A stretch of 15,734 bases of DNA, from the NCBI GenBank assembly GCA_977017575.1, contig CDRNVI010000235.1:1-15734 (forward strand), written 5' to 3'. The stretch is from Paramoeba atlantica (Eukaryota; Protista; Discosea). The notes below the pieces were generated by a model. That model searched no databases, was not told the DNA's origin, and saw nothing but the letters and a program-made list of their open reading frames with translations. The position numbers were made by a program, and so were the translations under genes. Positions 1-9,458 of the stretch are shown in pieces (position 1 is the stretch's first letter; each line of letters starts with the position of its first letter).

Positions 1-229
1 AAAGAAAAAAAGTGAGAAAGAAAAATAAAAATATTTATTTTGGATTTTTATTTTTCTTTCTCACTTTTTTTCTTTCTCTCACTTTCTTCTCTTTTCTTCT
101 TTTTCCTTCTTTTCTCTCTTTCCCTCCTTCCCCTTTTTTTTTCTTTTCTCTCTCTTTTCTTTTTCTTCTCTTTTTTCTTCTCTTTCTTCTTCTCTTCTCT
201 CTCTCTTCTCTCTTCTTCTTTCTTTTCCT

Positions 230-1170
230 CTCTCCTTCTTCTTATCTTTCTCTCCTCTTTCCCTCTTCTCTTTTCTCTTCCTCCTCTCTTTTTCTCCTTT
301 TCTTTTTCCAACACACACAGCCTTGAGAACAATAATATTGGAGATGAAGGAGCGAGAGAGATTGGTAAGTCCCTCTCAACAAATGCAACACTTCAAACAC
401 TTATGTTTTGCTTTCATTTTGTTTTCTCTCTTTATTTCTGAATTGTGTTTTTGTCTCTTTTGTCTCTTTTTCTCTTTTTTCATTCTTTTTTTCTCTTTTT
501 TTCTTCTTTCTCTTTTCTTCTCTTTCTTCTTCTCTTTCTTCTTCTCTTTTCTTCTTTCTCTTTTATTCTTCTTCTCTTTCTTCTTCTCTCTCTTCTCTCT
601 TCTTTCTTTCCCTCTCTCCTTCTTCTTATCTTTCTCTCCTCTTTCCCTCTTCTCTTTTCTCTTCCTCCTCTCTTTTTCTCCTTTTCTTTTTCCAACACAC
701 ACAGCCTTGGTGGCAATGATATCGGAGATGAAGGAGCGAGAGAGATTGGTAAGTCCTTCTCAACAAATGCAACACTTCAAACACTTATGTTTTGCTTTCA
801 TTTTGTTTTCTCTCTTTATTTCTGAATTGTGTTTTTGTCTCTTTTTTCTTTTTTTCTCTTTTCTCATTCTTTTTTCTCTCTCTTTTCTCTCTTTTCTTCT
901 CTTTTCTTCTTCTCTTTCTCCTTCTCTTTCTTCTTCTCTTCTCCTCTCTCTCTCTTTTCTCTTTTTTCTTTCCCTCTCTCCTTCTTCTTATCTTTCTCTC
1001 CTCTTTCCCTCTTCTCTTTTCTCTTCCTCCTCTCTTTTTCTCCTTTTCTTTTTCCAACACACACAGCCTTGAGAACAATAATATTGGAGATGAAGGAGCG
1101 AGAGAGATTGGTAAGTCCCTCTCAACAAATGCAACACTTCAAACACTTATGTTTTGCTTTCATTTTGTTT
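230..1170 (+). repeat. Tandem LRR exon+intron cassette, 3 copies (periods 384 and 362 nt)
   Basis: Exon starts at 321, 705 and 1067. About 90 nt of intron before each acceptor and the first tens of nt after each donor are essentially identical. Exons 1 and 3 are identical. Confidence 0.95.
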
Positions 1171-2813
1171 TCTCTCTTTATTTCTGAATTGTGTTTTTGT
1201 CTCTTTTTTCTTTTTTTCTCTTTTCTCATTCTTTTTTCTCTCTTTTTTTCTTCTCTCTCTTTTCTTCTTCTTCTCTCTCTTCTTCTCTCTTCTTCTCTCT
1301 TCTTCTCTCTCTCTCTCTCTCTTTCTTTTTTCTTTTTTCTTTTTTCTTTTTTCTTTTTTCTTTCCTTTTTATTCTTTTCTCTTTATTAATTTCTTTATTG
1401 ACAGTGTTCATGACAATCCTTTTTACCGTTCTCACCCACAATTGATGAAGGATATTCGAAGTCTACTCACTCCAAAGGTTTTCAATTTGAAAAATTTTTG
1501 TCAAAGAAAAACACATCCAACAACACACAAATTCAAAAACAAAAGACAACGAAAATATAAGAAAACAAAAGAAAACAAAAGAAGAAAATCAAAAAGAAAT
1601 AATTTTTTTTTTTGTTTTCTCAAATATCTTTTTGTAGAGAATATTTCAGAAACAAGTTGAAGCTGCTGAGCAGGGGAATGCAAATGCACAGTATAATGTA
1701 GGGTGGCGATATGAGAATGGCGGTAAGGGTGTAGCTAAAGATGAGGAGAAGGCATTTGAATGGTATTGTAAGGCTGCTGAGCAGGGGAATGCAAATGCAC
1801 AGTGTAACATAGGATTGATGTATCAAAGTGGTGGCAAGGGTGTAGCTAAAGATGAGGAGAAGGCATTTGAATTGTATCATAAGGCTGCTGAGCAGGGAAA
1901 TGCAAGGGCGCAATATAACTTAAGCTTGATGTATCAGAATGGTGGCAAAGGTGTAGCCAAGCAGCGAGATTGGAGTGCTGCACTTAAATGGTGTCAGTTG
2001 AGTGCAGAAGCAGACTATGGGTTAGCAAAGGATCGATTACATCAATGGCAAGAACAGATAATCAAATTAGAGAGTGTTTCACCACAAGATAGTCCCTGGC
2101 AGCAGCAGAGGTTGAAAGCACTTCCTCCTCCTGCTGGATGGGTGAAGAAAAAAGAGAGTATTATTGCTGAGGAGGAAGAGAGATCTGGTGGTGGTGGGGT
2201 TAGTTTTGATGTGTCTGACAGCAGTAGTAGTGGAGGAGGATACTACAGCAGTGGAGGTGATGTTGAAACAGCAGTAATTGAATCAGAAAATTTGGGATTG
2301 GGTTCTTCTTCTAATGCATCTGGCCAGTTGCAAGCTTCGTTAAGTGCACATCAATTAACCTGTTTATTGGGGTCACAGTATGGTGAACTTATCGAGTGTG
2401 TCAAAGCATTAGGGGGGATGAGGGGGGGTGAGGGGGGGCAGAGTGTTGATGATGATGGTGGTGCTGCCAATCTCCCCCCCCCATTGTTGCAAGTGGATAC
2501 TCACAGTGCAGCCTTGGCAGAGCTCTATGCCTTAGTGAAGCAGTCTATCAATTTAGATGTTCATGTTTACAGTGCATTGATAAAGGTCTTAGAATATTGT
2601 GTGCCAGTGTATCAATTGCAGCAGCAGCAGCAGCGAGCAACAACAACAACAGGGTGTGATGATAAGGTTGAGAATGAGGCTCTTTTTTTGCCATCATCAC
2701 GTTTAGAGCATGCAGCCTTGTTAGTGAAGCAGAAGCTGTTTGTGATGTTATCTATTTACAACAAGACAAAGAATCATTCCTCAAGCTCTCAATTAGTAAT
2801 TTACTCTCTTTGA
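321..2813 (+). CDS. 5'-partial spliced gene: RI-like (28-aa) leucine-rich repeats + Sel1-like repeats + low-complexity region; exons 321-404, 705-788, 1067-1150, 1405-1477, 1638-2813
   Basis: Three 84-nt phase-2 exons, each preceded by CACACAG and followed by GTTTTG, read (I)LENNNIGDEGAREIGKSLSTNATLQTL or (I)LGGNDIGDEGAREIGKSFSTNATLQTL. They splice in frame to a capping exon (VHDNPFYRSHPQLMKDIRSLLTPK, 1405-1477) and then to an open exon from 1638 (RIFQKQVEAAEQGNANAQYNVGWRYENGGKGVAKDEEKAFEWYCKAAEQG...) in the same frame as the track ORF 1815-2813. The start lies upstream of the window. The TGA at 2811-2813 may instead lie in an intron 2796-2880 (GTAATT...CATACAG). Confidence 0.85.
1662..1994 (+). 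repeat. Sel1-like (SLR/TPR-like) repeats, 111-nt (37-aa) internal tandem duplication, 3 copies
   Basis: GCTGCTGAGCAGGG recurs at 1662, 1773 and 1884. Translation AAEQGNAxAQxNxGxxYxxGGKGVAKDEEKAFExYxK matches the Sel1 consensus (A..G...AQ..LG..Y..G.GV..D...A..WY..AA.QG). A degenerate further unit follows (DWSAALKWCQLSAEADYGLA). Confidence 0.92.
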
Positions 2814-2880
2814 TTCTCTTTTTCTTTTTCTTTTCTCTCTTCTTTCCAAAAATGTGTTAACAATCCCCATTTCCATACAG

Positions 2881-3692
2881 TGTCAAAGAACTGTGCGGAG
2901 GAGAGATCTCTTCAGATCTTGATGTTTCGACCCCCCCCCCTTTCTCTCTCTTTCTCCATTTCTTCCAATCAAACTTCCACCTTCAAGATTGAATTTTCTT
3001 TCGATGTTATTATCTTTTACATTATTGTCTTGGTTTTTTTTCTTTTTTTTTTTTCTTTTCTTTTTCTTTTTTTTCTTTTATATTTCTCTTTTCTTTTTTC
3101 TCTTTTCTCTGTTTTCTTTTTGTTTTCTCTTCTCTTCTTTTCTTATTATTGATTGATTTTTTGTTTTTTTGTTTTTTTGTTTTTTTGTTTTTTTTTGTTT
3201 TTTTTTGGAATTCTCTTTTCTGTAAAGTACCTTTTCCCTTTTATTAAAATTTAAAAATATTTTTTTTTTTTCCTTTCTCACTCTTTCCTCTCCTCTTTAG
3301 GAAATTCCTCTTGCTTTGATTTTCTAACCCTAAGGACTTTATTTTCTGGAGATGCAATGGGTTTGGACAACAAAAGAGGTGTTGTTCCTTTAACTATAGA
3401 AGATTGGGAAGAGTGTGTTCCTTCTCTTTTTCTTTTACACAACATCCCATTACTTGGTTTTTTTATTTTTTTATTTTTTATTTTTATTTATTTATTTATT
3501 AAGATTTTAATCACGACTTGAAATTTGATTTAAATTTTTGATTTTATTTATTATTTAAAAAATTTACTCTATAATTTTTGGTATTGTTTTTTGTTTAGTG
3601 CTTCTCTCTCTTTCTTATTCTAAATAAGTAATAGTGGAATTCCACAAGATGGCTTCACACACCTTTGCATTGCAATGAAAGAATTCTTTTAA
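2881..3692 (+). other. Candidate downstream exons of gene 1 (2881-2923, 3301-3412, 3629-3692); linkage unresolved
   Basis: GC-richer islands bounded by AG/GT between T-rich tracts. 3301-3412 + 3629-3692 splice into an open chain GNSSCFDFLTLRTLFSGDAMGLDNKRGVVPLTIEDWEDNSGIPQDGFTHLCIAMKEFF* (TAA 3690-3692). I could not find a stop-free in-frame link from exon 1638-2795 to this chain. Confidence 0.4.
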
Positions 3693-4089
3693 GAGAAAGA
3701 AATTGTTTTGGATCATAGTTTATTTGTTTCTTTGTGATTGATGCCAAGAGGATTGATGTTTGCGAGTGTTTGGAAAAGGGAAAGGAGAGAGAGAGAAGAC
3801 AACATCAATTTTTACTTGGTTTATTTTTATTTTTTATTTTCTTTCTTTCTCTTTTTCAGATGAGTTGAGTGTCTCTTTTTACTAAAACTATTAATGCCAA
3901 GTTTTCGAAAGGAGCGTCTTGGTGGGAAAAGCAGCTCTCTTTTTTTTTTGGTTGGAATTTTGATATTGTTGATGTGCTTCAACACACAAGGATTGTGATG
4001 ACTTCTCTCTATCTTTGTGGTGTGATGTTGAATTTCACATATTGTTCTTGTTGGATATCTTGTGGGGTGGGGTATTAGAGTGTTGGCGG

Positions 4090-4800
4090 TTTCCCACACA
4101 TTTTGTTTTCATGTTTGTTTTCCTTTGTTCTCTTCCCCTTTTCCCTCTCCCTTTTTCCTTTTAACAACACTAATCTTTTCTCTTTTCTCTTTCTCCAGAG
4201 TTTCTCTCTCTCTTTGTGTGTTTGTTGGGGTTTTAATTGATTATTTTTGAAGCAATTTATCACTATTACCAATTATCATTGTTGTGGGTCATTGGTTTGG
4301 TGTTTGTTTTCATGTTTGTTTTCTTTTATTCTCCTTCCCTTTCCCCCTCTCCCCTCTTTTTAACTGAATCTTTTCTCTTTTCTCTTTTCTCTTTCTCCAG
4401 TTCTCCAGAGTTCTCTCTTTGTGTGTTTGTTGTTGGGGTTTTAATTGGTTATTGCTATTACCAATTATTGTTGTAAAATCGTTGCTTTTGTGTTTGTTTT
4501 CTTTTTTTTTTTTTGTTTTGTTTTGTTCTCCTTCCCTTTCCCCCTCTCCCCTCCTTTTAACTAAATCTTTTCTCTTTTCTCTTTTCTCTTTTCTCTTTTC
4601 TCTTTTTTCTTTCTCCAGTTCTCCAGAGTTCTCTATCTCTTTGTGTGTTTGTTGTTGGGGTTTTAATTGGTTATTTGAAGCGATTTATCACTATTACCAA
4701 TTATTGTTGTAAAATCATTGCTTTTGTGTTTGTTTTCTTTTTTTTTTTTGTTTTCTTTTATTTTCCTCCTTTGTGTGTTTCCCTCTCCCTCTATTGAACT
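4090..4800 (+). repeat. Degenerate tandem repeat, ~210-218-nt unit, about 3.5 copies
   Basis: CTCCAGAG recurs at 4193, 4403 and 4621, each followed by TTGTGTGTTTGTTG(TTG)GGGTTTTAATTG...CTATTACCAATTAT and an intron-like C/T tract containing TTTTAAC. Confidence 0.85.
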
Positions 4801-6365
4801 GAACTTGTTGTGCAAAAGTGTTTGTGTGTTGGATTGTGAATGGACACCAATTTATCAATATATTCGAGAGATTGTTTGTTAAACATCAGTAGTGCTTTAC
4901 AAAGATCCCATGCATGGATCACTACTGTGCCACCATTGTCGCATCATTGTGAATCATTGGTTTTGTGTTTGTTTTTCACAAACTTGTTTTCTTTTATTCT
5001 CCCCTTCTTTGTGTTCCTCCCTCCCCTTTTCTCCCCCTCCCTCCCCTTTTCTTCCCTCTTCTTTTAACTAAAATACTTTCTTTTTTCTCTTTCTCCAGTT
5101 TGCTGAGATTATCAGTGATATATTAATCAACAATTTGAAACCTTTAATATCACTGCCTCCATTGTTGTTGTGAATCACATTGGTTTTGTGTTTGTTTTTT
5201 GTGTTTGTTTTCTTTGTATTCTCTCCTCCCTTTTGTGTTTCCCCTCTTTTCCCCTTCCTCCTCCATTTTGCAAACACACACACCTAAATACTTTCTTTTT
5301 TCTCTTTCCCTTCAGTTTTGAAAACAGTCTGGTCATTCAATCAACCAAAAGATTGGGTGTTTCTGTTGGATGTTTTAATAATTTGGGTCTGGTAGCAATA
5401 AGAAAATTCTTGGAAATGAGGAAATTATTTGGTATTCATTTATTGAGATAATTTCTATTTTGCCTTTAATCCCTTCATGGTTTGCAAACTCTCCATTGGC
5501 TTGAAAGTAAGACCATTTAATTGAGACCTTCTTTTTTTTTAGGTTCAAAAAAATCTTGGGGAGGTTGTGTACAACTGCAAGGCTTGAGGAGAAAAAGGAT
5601 AGGAGGAGGAGGGAGTAGGTGTTTGTCAACACTCCTTCACACAAAAAGAGGTTCTTTTTCTTTTCTTTTTGGAAGAAAATAGAGAAGGCGAGGGGAGCAA
5701 AGGGGGAGTGATTTCCTTAAAGGAAAGAGGGTAGTTTCTGAGAGACTCTGCACAGTTTATAGGGAGAAAAGATTCTCAACACGATAACAACAACGATAAG
5801 AACAATGTGATAACAAACAACAACAAAGGAGGAGAAGAGTGAGTGTTTGGTAACACTCCTTCACACAAAAAGAGGTTCTTTTTTTTTTCTTTTTTGGAAG
5901 AAAATAGAGAAGGTGAGGGGAGCAAAGGGGGGTGATTTCTTTAAAGGAAAGAGAGAGTAGTTTATGAGAGACTTTGCACAGTTAAAAGGGAGAAAAGATT
6001 CTCAACATGATAACAAACAACAACAAAGGAGGAGAGGAGTGGGTGTTTGTCAACACTCCTTTCACACAAAGAGGTTCTTTTATTCTCCTTCTTTGTGTTT
6101 CCTCCTCTCCCTTTTTCCCCTCCCTCCACATTCAACTAAATCCTTTCTTTTTTTCTCTTTCTCCAGTTCACTGAGATTATTGGTGATATTTAATCAACAA
6201 TTCAAAGCCTTTTTATTCCTGCACCACCACCATCAACATTGTCATTATTGGTTTTGTGATTGTTTTTTCATGTTTGTTTTTTTATGTTCTCCTCCTTTGT
6301 GTTTCCCCCCTCCCTTCTCCATTTAACAAAATCCTTTCTTTTTTTCTCTTTTCTCTTTTTCTCAG
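4800..6365 (+). pseudogene. Decayed exon/intron modules related to the 4090-4800 array; includes two 84-nt exon-like units (5099-5182, 6167-6250)
   Basis: Repeated pattern ATTG|GTTTTGTG ... TTTTAAC/TTCAAC ... (Y)nCTCCAG|. The two 84-nt units are similar to each other (CTGAGATTAT...GTGATAT.TAATCAACAATT...AA.CCTTT) but carry stops or indels relative to one another. Product not recognised. Confidence 0.4.
5619..6080 (+). repeat. Tandem duplication, 224/200-nt unit, 2 full copies plus a partial third
   Basis: GTGTTTG(T/G)(C/T)AACACTCCT(T)TCACACAAA(AA)GAGGTTCTT at 5619, 5843 and 6043, with shared downstream sequence GGAAGAAAATAGAGAAGG...GGGAGAAAAGATTCTCAACA. Confidence 0.9.
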
Positions 6366-6616
6366 TTCTCATCATGTATATCGTATTGGTTTTAATTGAT
6401 AAGGTTTAAAACCACTTATCACACTGCTCTGCTGTTCCCACATTCAACACCACAGTGGAGGTGTGTTTCGTGACTCTCTTGCACTGCTGCTGTGTGTGTG
6501 TTAAAGCCACTTCCATTATCATTGACCTTGTTAAATAAATTTCAGAAAGAAGGAGATAGGGAATGATTTGGGTGTTATGATCTAACAAAGGTTGTGATCG
6601 AGCTCAACTCCAAACA

Positions 6617-8038
6617 ATGTCAATCATCCCAACCTTGATTGCAAGCAAACAAAGAAAGCCTGACTCAACATGGCTACACTTCAAAATAACCTATTCTCAA
6701 ATTGTTCAAATTTTATTGGAAAAAGGAAAACCAAATGTTGATCTTCCAAATGTGGTTCTTCTTTTTCTTTTTCTTTTTTTTTTTTTCAGTTTCTCATTTT
6801 TCTTTTGTTTTTTAATGTAAAGAATGGAACAACTCCTCTTTTTATTGCTGCTCAAAATGGAGATGAACAAATTGTTCAACTTTTATTGGAAAAAGGAAAA
6901 CCAAATGTTGATCTTGCAAATAAGGTTCTTTTGTTGTTTGTTTTCTTTTTCTTTTTCTTTTTTTTTCAGTTTCTCACTTTTTCTATATTTTTTTTAATGT
7001 AAAGGCTGGAATAACTCCTCTTTATATTGCTGCTCAAGAGGGACATGAACAAATTGTTCAACTTTTATTGGAAAAAGGAAAACCAAATGTTGATCTTCCA
7101 GATCAAGTTCTTTTGTTATTTGTTTCTTTTTCTTTTTCTTTTCAGTTTCTCATTTTTCTATTTTTTTAATATAAAGGATGGAGTAACTCCTCTTTATATT
7201 TGCTGCTTGTGAAGGATATGAACAAATTGTTCAAATTTTATTGAAAAAAGGAGCTAATGTTGATCTTGCAGATAAGGTTATTTTGTTGATTGTTTCTTTT
7301 TTTTTTCCTTTTTTTTATACTCTAAAATTTGTGTGGTATATATTTGTGTTTCTTTTTTTCTTTTTAAACTCCTTTTTATGTTTAGAATGGCTGGAGCCCT
7401 CTTCATATTGCTGCTTTCAAAGGTTTTGAAGAAGTTGTAAAAATTCTAATTGAATATGGGTCTGATATACATCATCAAGAGAAAGTTTTCATTTTCTTTT
7501 TTTTCTTTTTTTATATTTATTCTCATTTTTTTTTTTCTATGATGAGAGGAGAATGGATTTGTGTGATTGTTTTATTTTGTTTTTCTCTTTTAACATTTTT
7601 TTTTTTTTTTCAAGATTGGTTGGACTCCTCTTCACACAGCCACTTCTAAAGGTTTTAAAGAAATTGTAAAGATTTTTATTGGGCATGGTGCCAATGTTAA
7701 TATTCAAAATCAAGTTTTTTTTTTCTTTTTTATTAGGGTTTCTTTGTTTTTATTTGTTTATTTTTTTTATTTGTGGGGTGTTGTTGAAAGAGGAAACTTT
7801 TTTTTTTTTGATTTTTTTTTTCTTTTTTTGTTAGAGTGGTCACACAGTACTTGATGTTGCTAAAGATGAAAAAATTATTGAACTAATCATGCAATTAAAG
7901 GTTTGATTTTTTTTCATTTTTTTTATTTCAATTTTTTTATTATTCAAATAATGATTGTAAGAAATGGAATCTCCCTTTTTATTTTCTTGATTTTAGGGAC
8001 AAACTAGAAAACCAGCTCAAACAAAAAAAGAAAATTAA
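6617..8038 (+). pseudogene. Ankyrin-repeat gene A (probable pseudogene or chimera): exons 6617/6698-6754, 6823-6924, 7005-7106, 7177-7276, 7386-7484, 7615-7713, 7835-7900, 7997-8038
   Basis: Phase-0 exons read [34 protein letters not shown], then NGWSPLHIAAFKG..., IGWTPLHTATSKG..., cap SGHTVLDVAKDEKIIELIMQLK and terminal GQTRKPAQTKKEN*. The first ankyrin exon is only a 3' half (from 6698), fused to unrelated sequence with an in-frame ATG at 6617. Exon 7177-7276 is 100 nt: an extra T in TATATTTGCTGCT near 7201 shifts the frame (real or a homopolymer error). Confidence 0.8.
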
Positions 8039-8208
8039 AATATGTTGTTGTAGTTCATTCTTCAAAACATAAAAACAAAGAAAAAGAATTCAAAATATTT
8101 TTTGGTTTTGAGAAAAATTTGTTTTTTTAACAAAGAAAATTTGAAATAAATTAATTAGAGATGTACAATAGTTGAAATTTTTTTTTATTCTTTGAATTCA
8201 CTTCAAAG

Positions 8209-9096
8209 AGGATGGAATGATCAAAAAGATAAGTTAAATGAAGAAGTTGGACTGTTTTCCAGTCAAGACCAAAGAAGCATTGAAAAGTTGAAGAAGATAA
8301 TGGTTGTTGATGGTTGAGCTCTTGTGTTGTGATTTGAAGCCAATCAAGTTTCTCTTTCCTTTTCTTTATCCATCAAAACAAAAAAAAAAAACTTTTTCCA
8401 AAAAGAAAAAACTTCCAAAAAACAAAATAGCTTTTTTATTTATTCTCAGTTTTTTGGAACTTAAGTTGAAAGTTGGAAAAAAACTAAAAAAGGAATTATC
8501 TTTTCAATTCAAAAAAGTTTGAACTTTTTTTTATTTCTAATTTTAGAATTTTGGTTTTGATTCCACTTTCCAAAGTTGAAAAAAAAAAGAATTTTTTTTT
8601 TGATGGAAAAAAAGATCAAAAAAAAATCAAAAAAGTTGATAAAAACATAGTTTTTAAAACAACAAAAAAAGGTTTTGGGACAAGTGGTGGACAGGCACAA
8701 TGTTCAGTTGGTTTTTAATACAATTGTTGATTGTAAGGATTTTGCGAGTGGCCTTGATTACACCCAACTTTCTTATTCAGTTTCTTTGATTTTAATTTTT
8801 TTTTTTTTTAATTTCTTTTTTTTTTAAAATATCTTTTTTTAAAATTTCTTTCTTTTTTAGAATGGATGTTATGTGTCTGGGTCAATCATTTTCCAAGAAG
8901 TCAGGCAATCCAACAATTTTAGTTCTTTTGTCAATAATTTGAGTTTCATCTCTGTGTCATAGTATGTATTTTTTTGGAATCTGGCTTTTTTCATTTTTTT
9001 TTAATTTTTTTTTTAATTTTTTTTTAATTTTTTTTTTCAAAAGGTTTGTGTTTTGAAAAAACAAATTCAAAAGGGAAAAAACAATTTGCAAACTGA
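8209..9096 (+). CDS. Orphan exon chain of unknown product: 8209-8302, 8672-8779, 8861-8942, 9044-9096
   Basis: AG/GT-bounded coding-like islands splice without internal stops: GWNDQKDKLNEEVGLFSSQDQRSIEKLKKIM|VLGQVVDRHNVQLVFNTIVDCKDFASGLDYTQLSYS|NGCYVSGSIIFQEVRQSNNFSSFVNNL|SLCFEKTNSKGKKQFAN*. No independent start is evident and no domain was recognised. Confidence 0.4.
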
Positions 9097-9458
9097 GTCA
9101 GAGGAGTCACTATTGGAGTTGAGAGTGTTTCATTCAAAGCTCTTTTTGTTTCAAATTTTTCCAAAAAAGAAGACCAATCAACTAAAAAAAAAAAGAATAA
9201 AATCTTTCAACAACCATCTTTGGTTTTTTTTGTTGTTCACTCTAATTAAAAAGTTTTTTTTCTTCTCTTTTTTCTTTTCTCTCTTTCTCACTCTTTTTAT
9301 ATGTTAATTTTCTTTTCTTTTCTTTTCTTTTACCTTCTGCTTCAACCACACATGAACAACTCTCATCAGCTCTCTCATCTTCCTCATTTTATCACACAAG
9401 ACTAATGAAAACAGGATATCTATTCTCTTTTTCAAACTTTTAAACTTTTAATTAAAAT

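Noticed and set aside
12-1445. Long F/L/S-rich (+) and K/E/R-rich (-) ORFs in the ORF track, here and throughout the window
   Set aside because: They are translations of CT-rich introns and their complements, which lack stops for compositional reasons. The true coding parts are the short periodic exons.
6365-6697. GC-richer unique segment as a transposon or retroelement fragment
   Set aside because: All frames examined are interrupted and show no recognisable RT, integrase or transposase motif, terminal repeat or TSD.
6787-7145. Upstream (Y)nCAG sites at 6787-6789, 6967-6969 and 7143-7145 as the true acceptors
   Set aside because: They would add 33, 35 and 31 nt, two of which shift the frame, and they break the uniform repeat length. 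The AAG acceptors give exact ankyrin periodicity.
3325-7741. Short telomere-like words TAACCCTAA (3325-3333) and TTAGGGTTT (7733-7741)
   Set aside because: Nine-nucleotide matches are expected by chance in sequence of this composition and length.
8315-8350. CCDLKPI(K/N) resembling the protein kinase HRDLKPxN loop
   Set aside because: No convincing VAIK, DFG or APE motifs in neighbouring exons, and the motif is in a different frame from the open exon chain.
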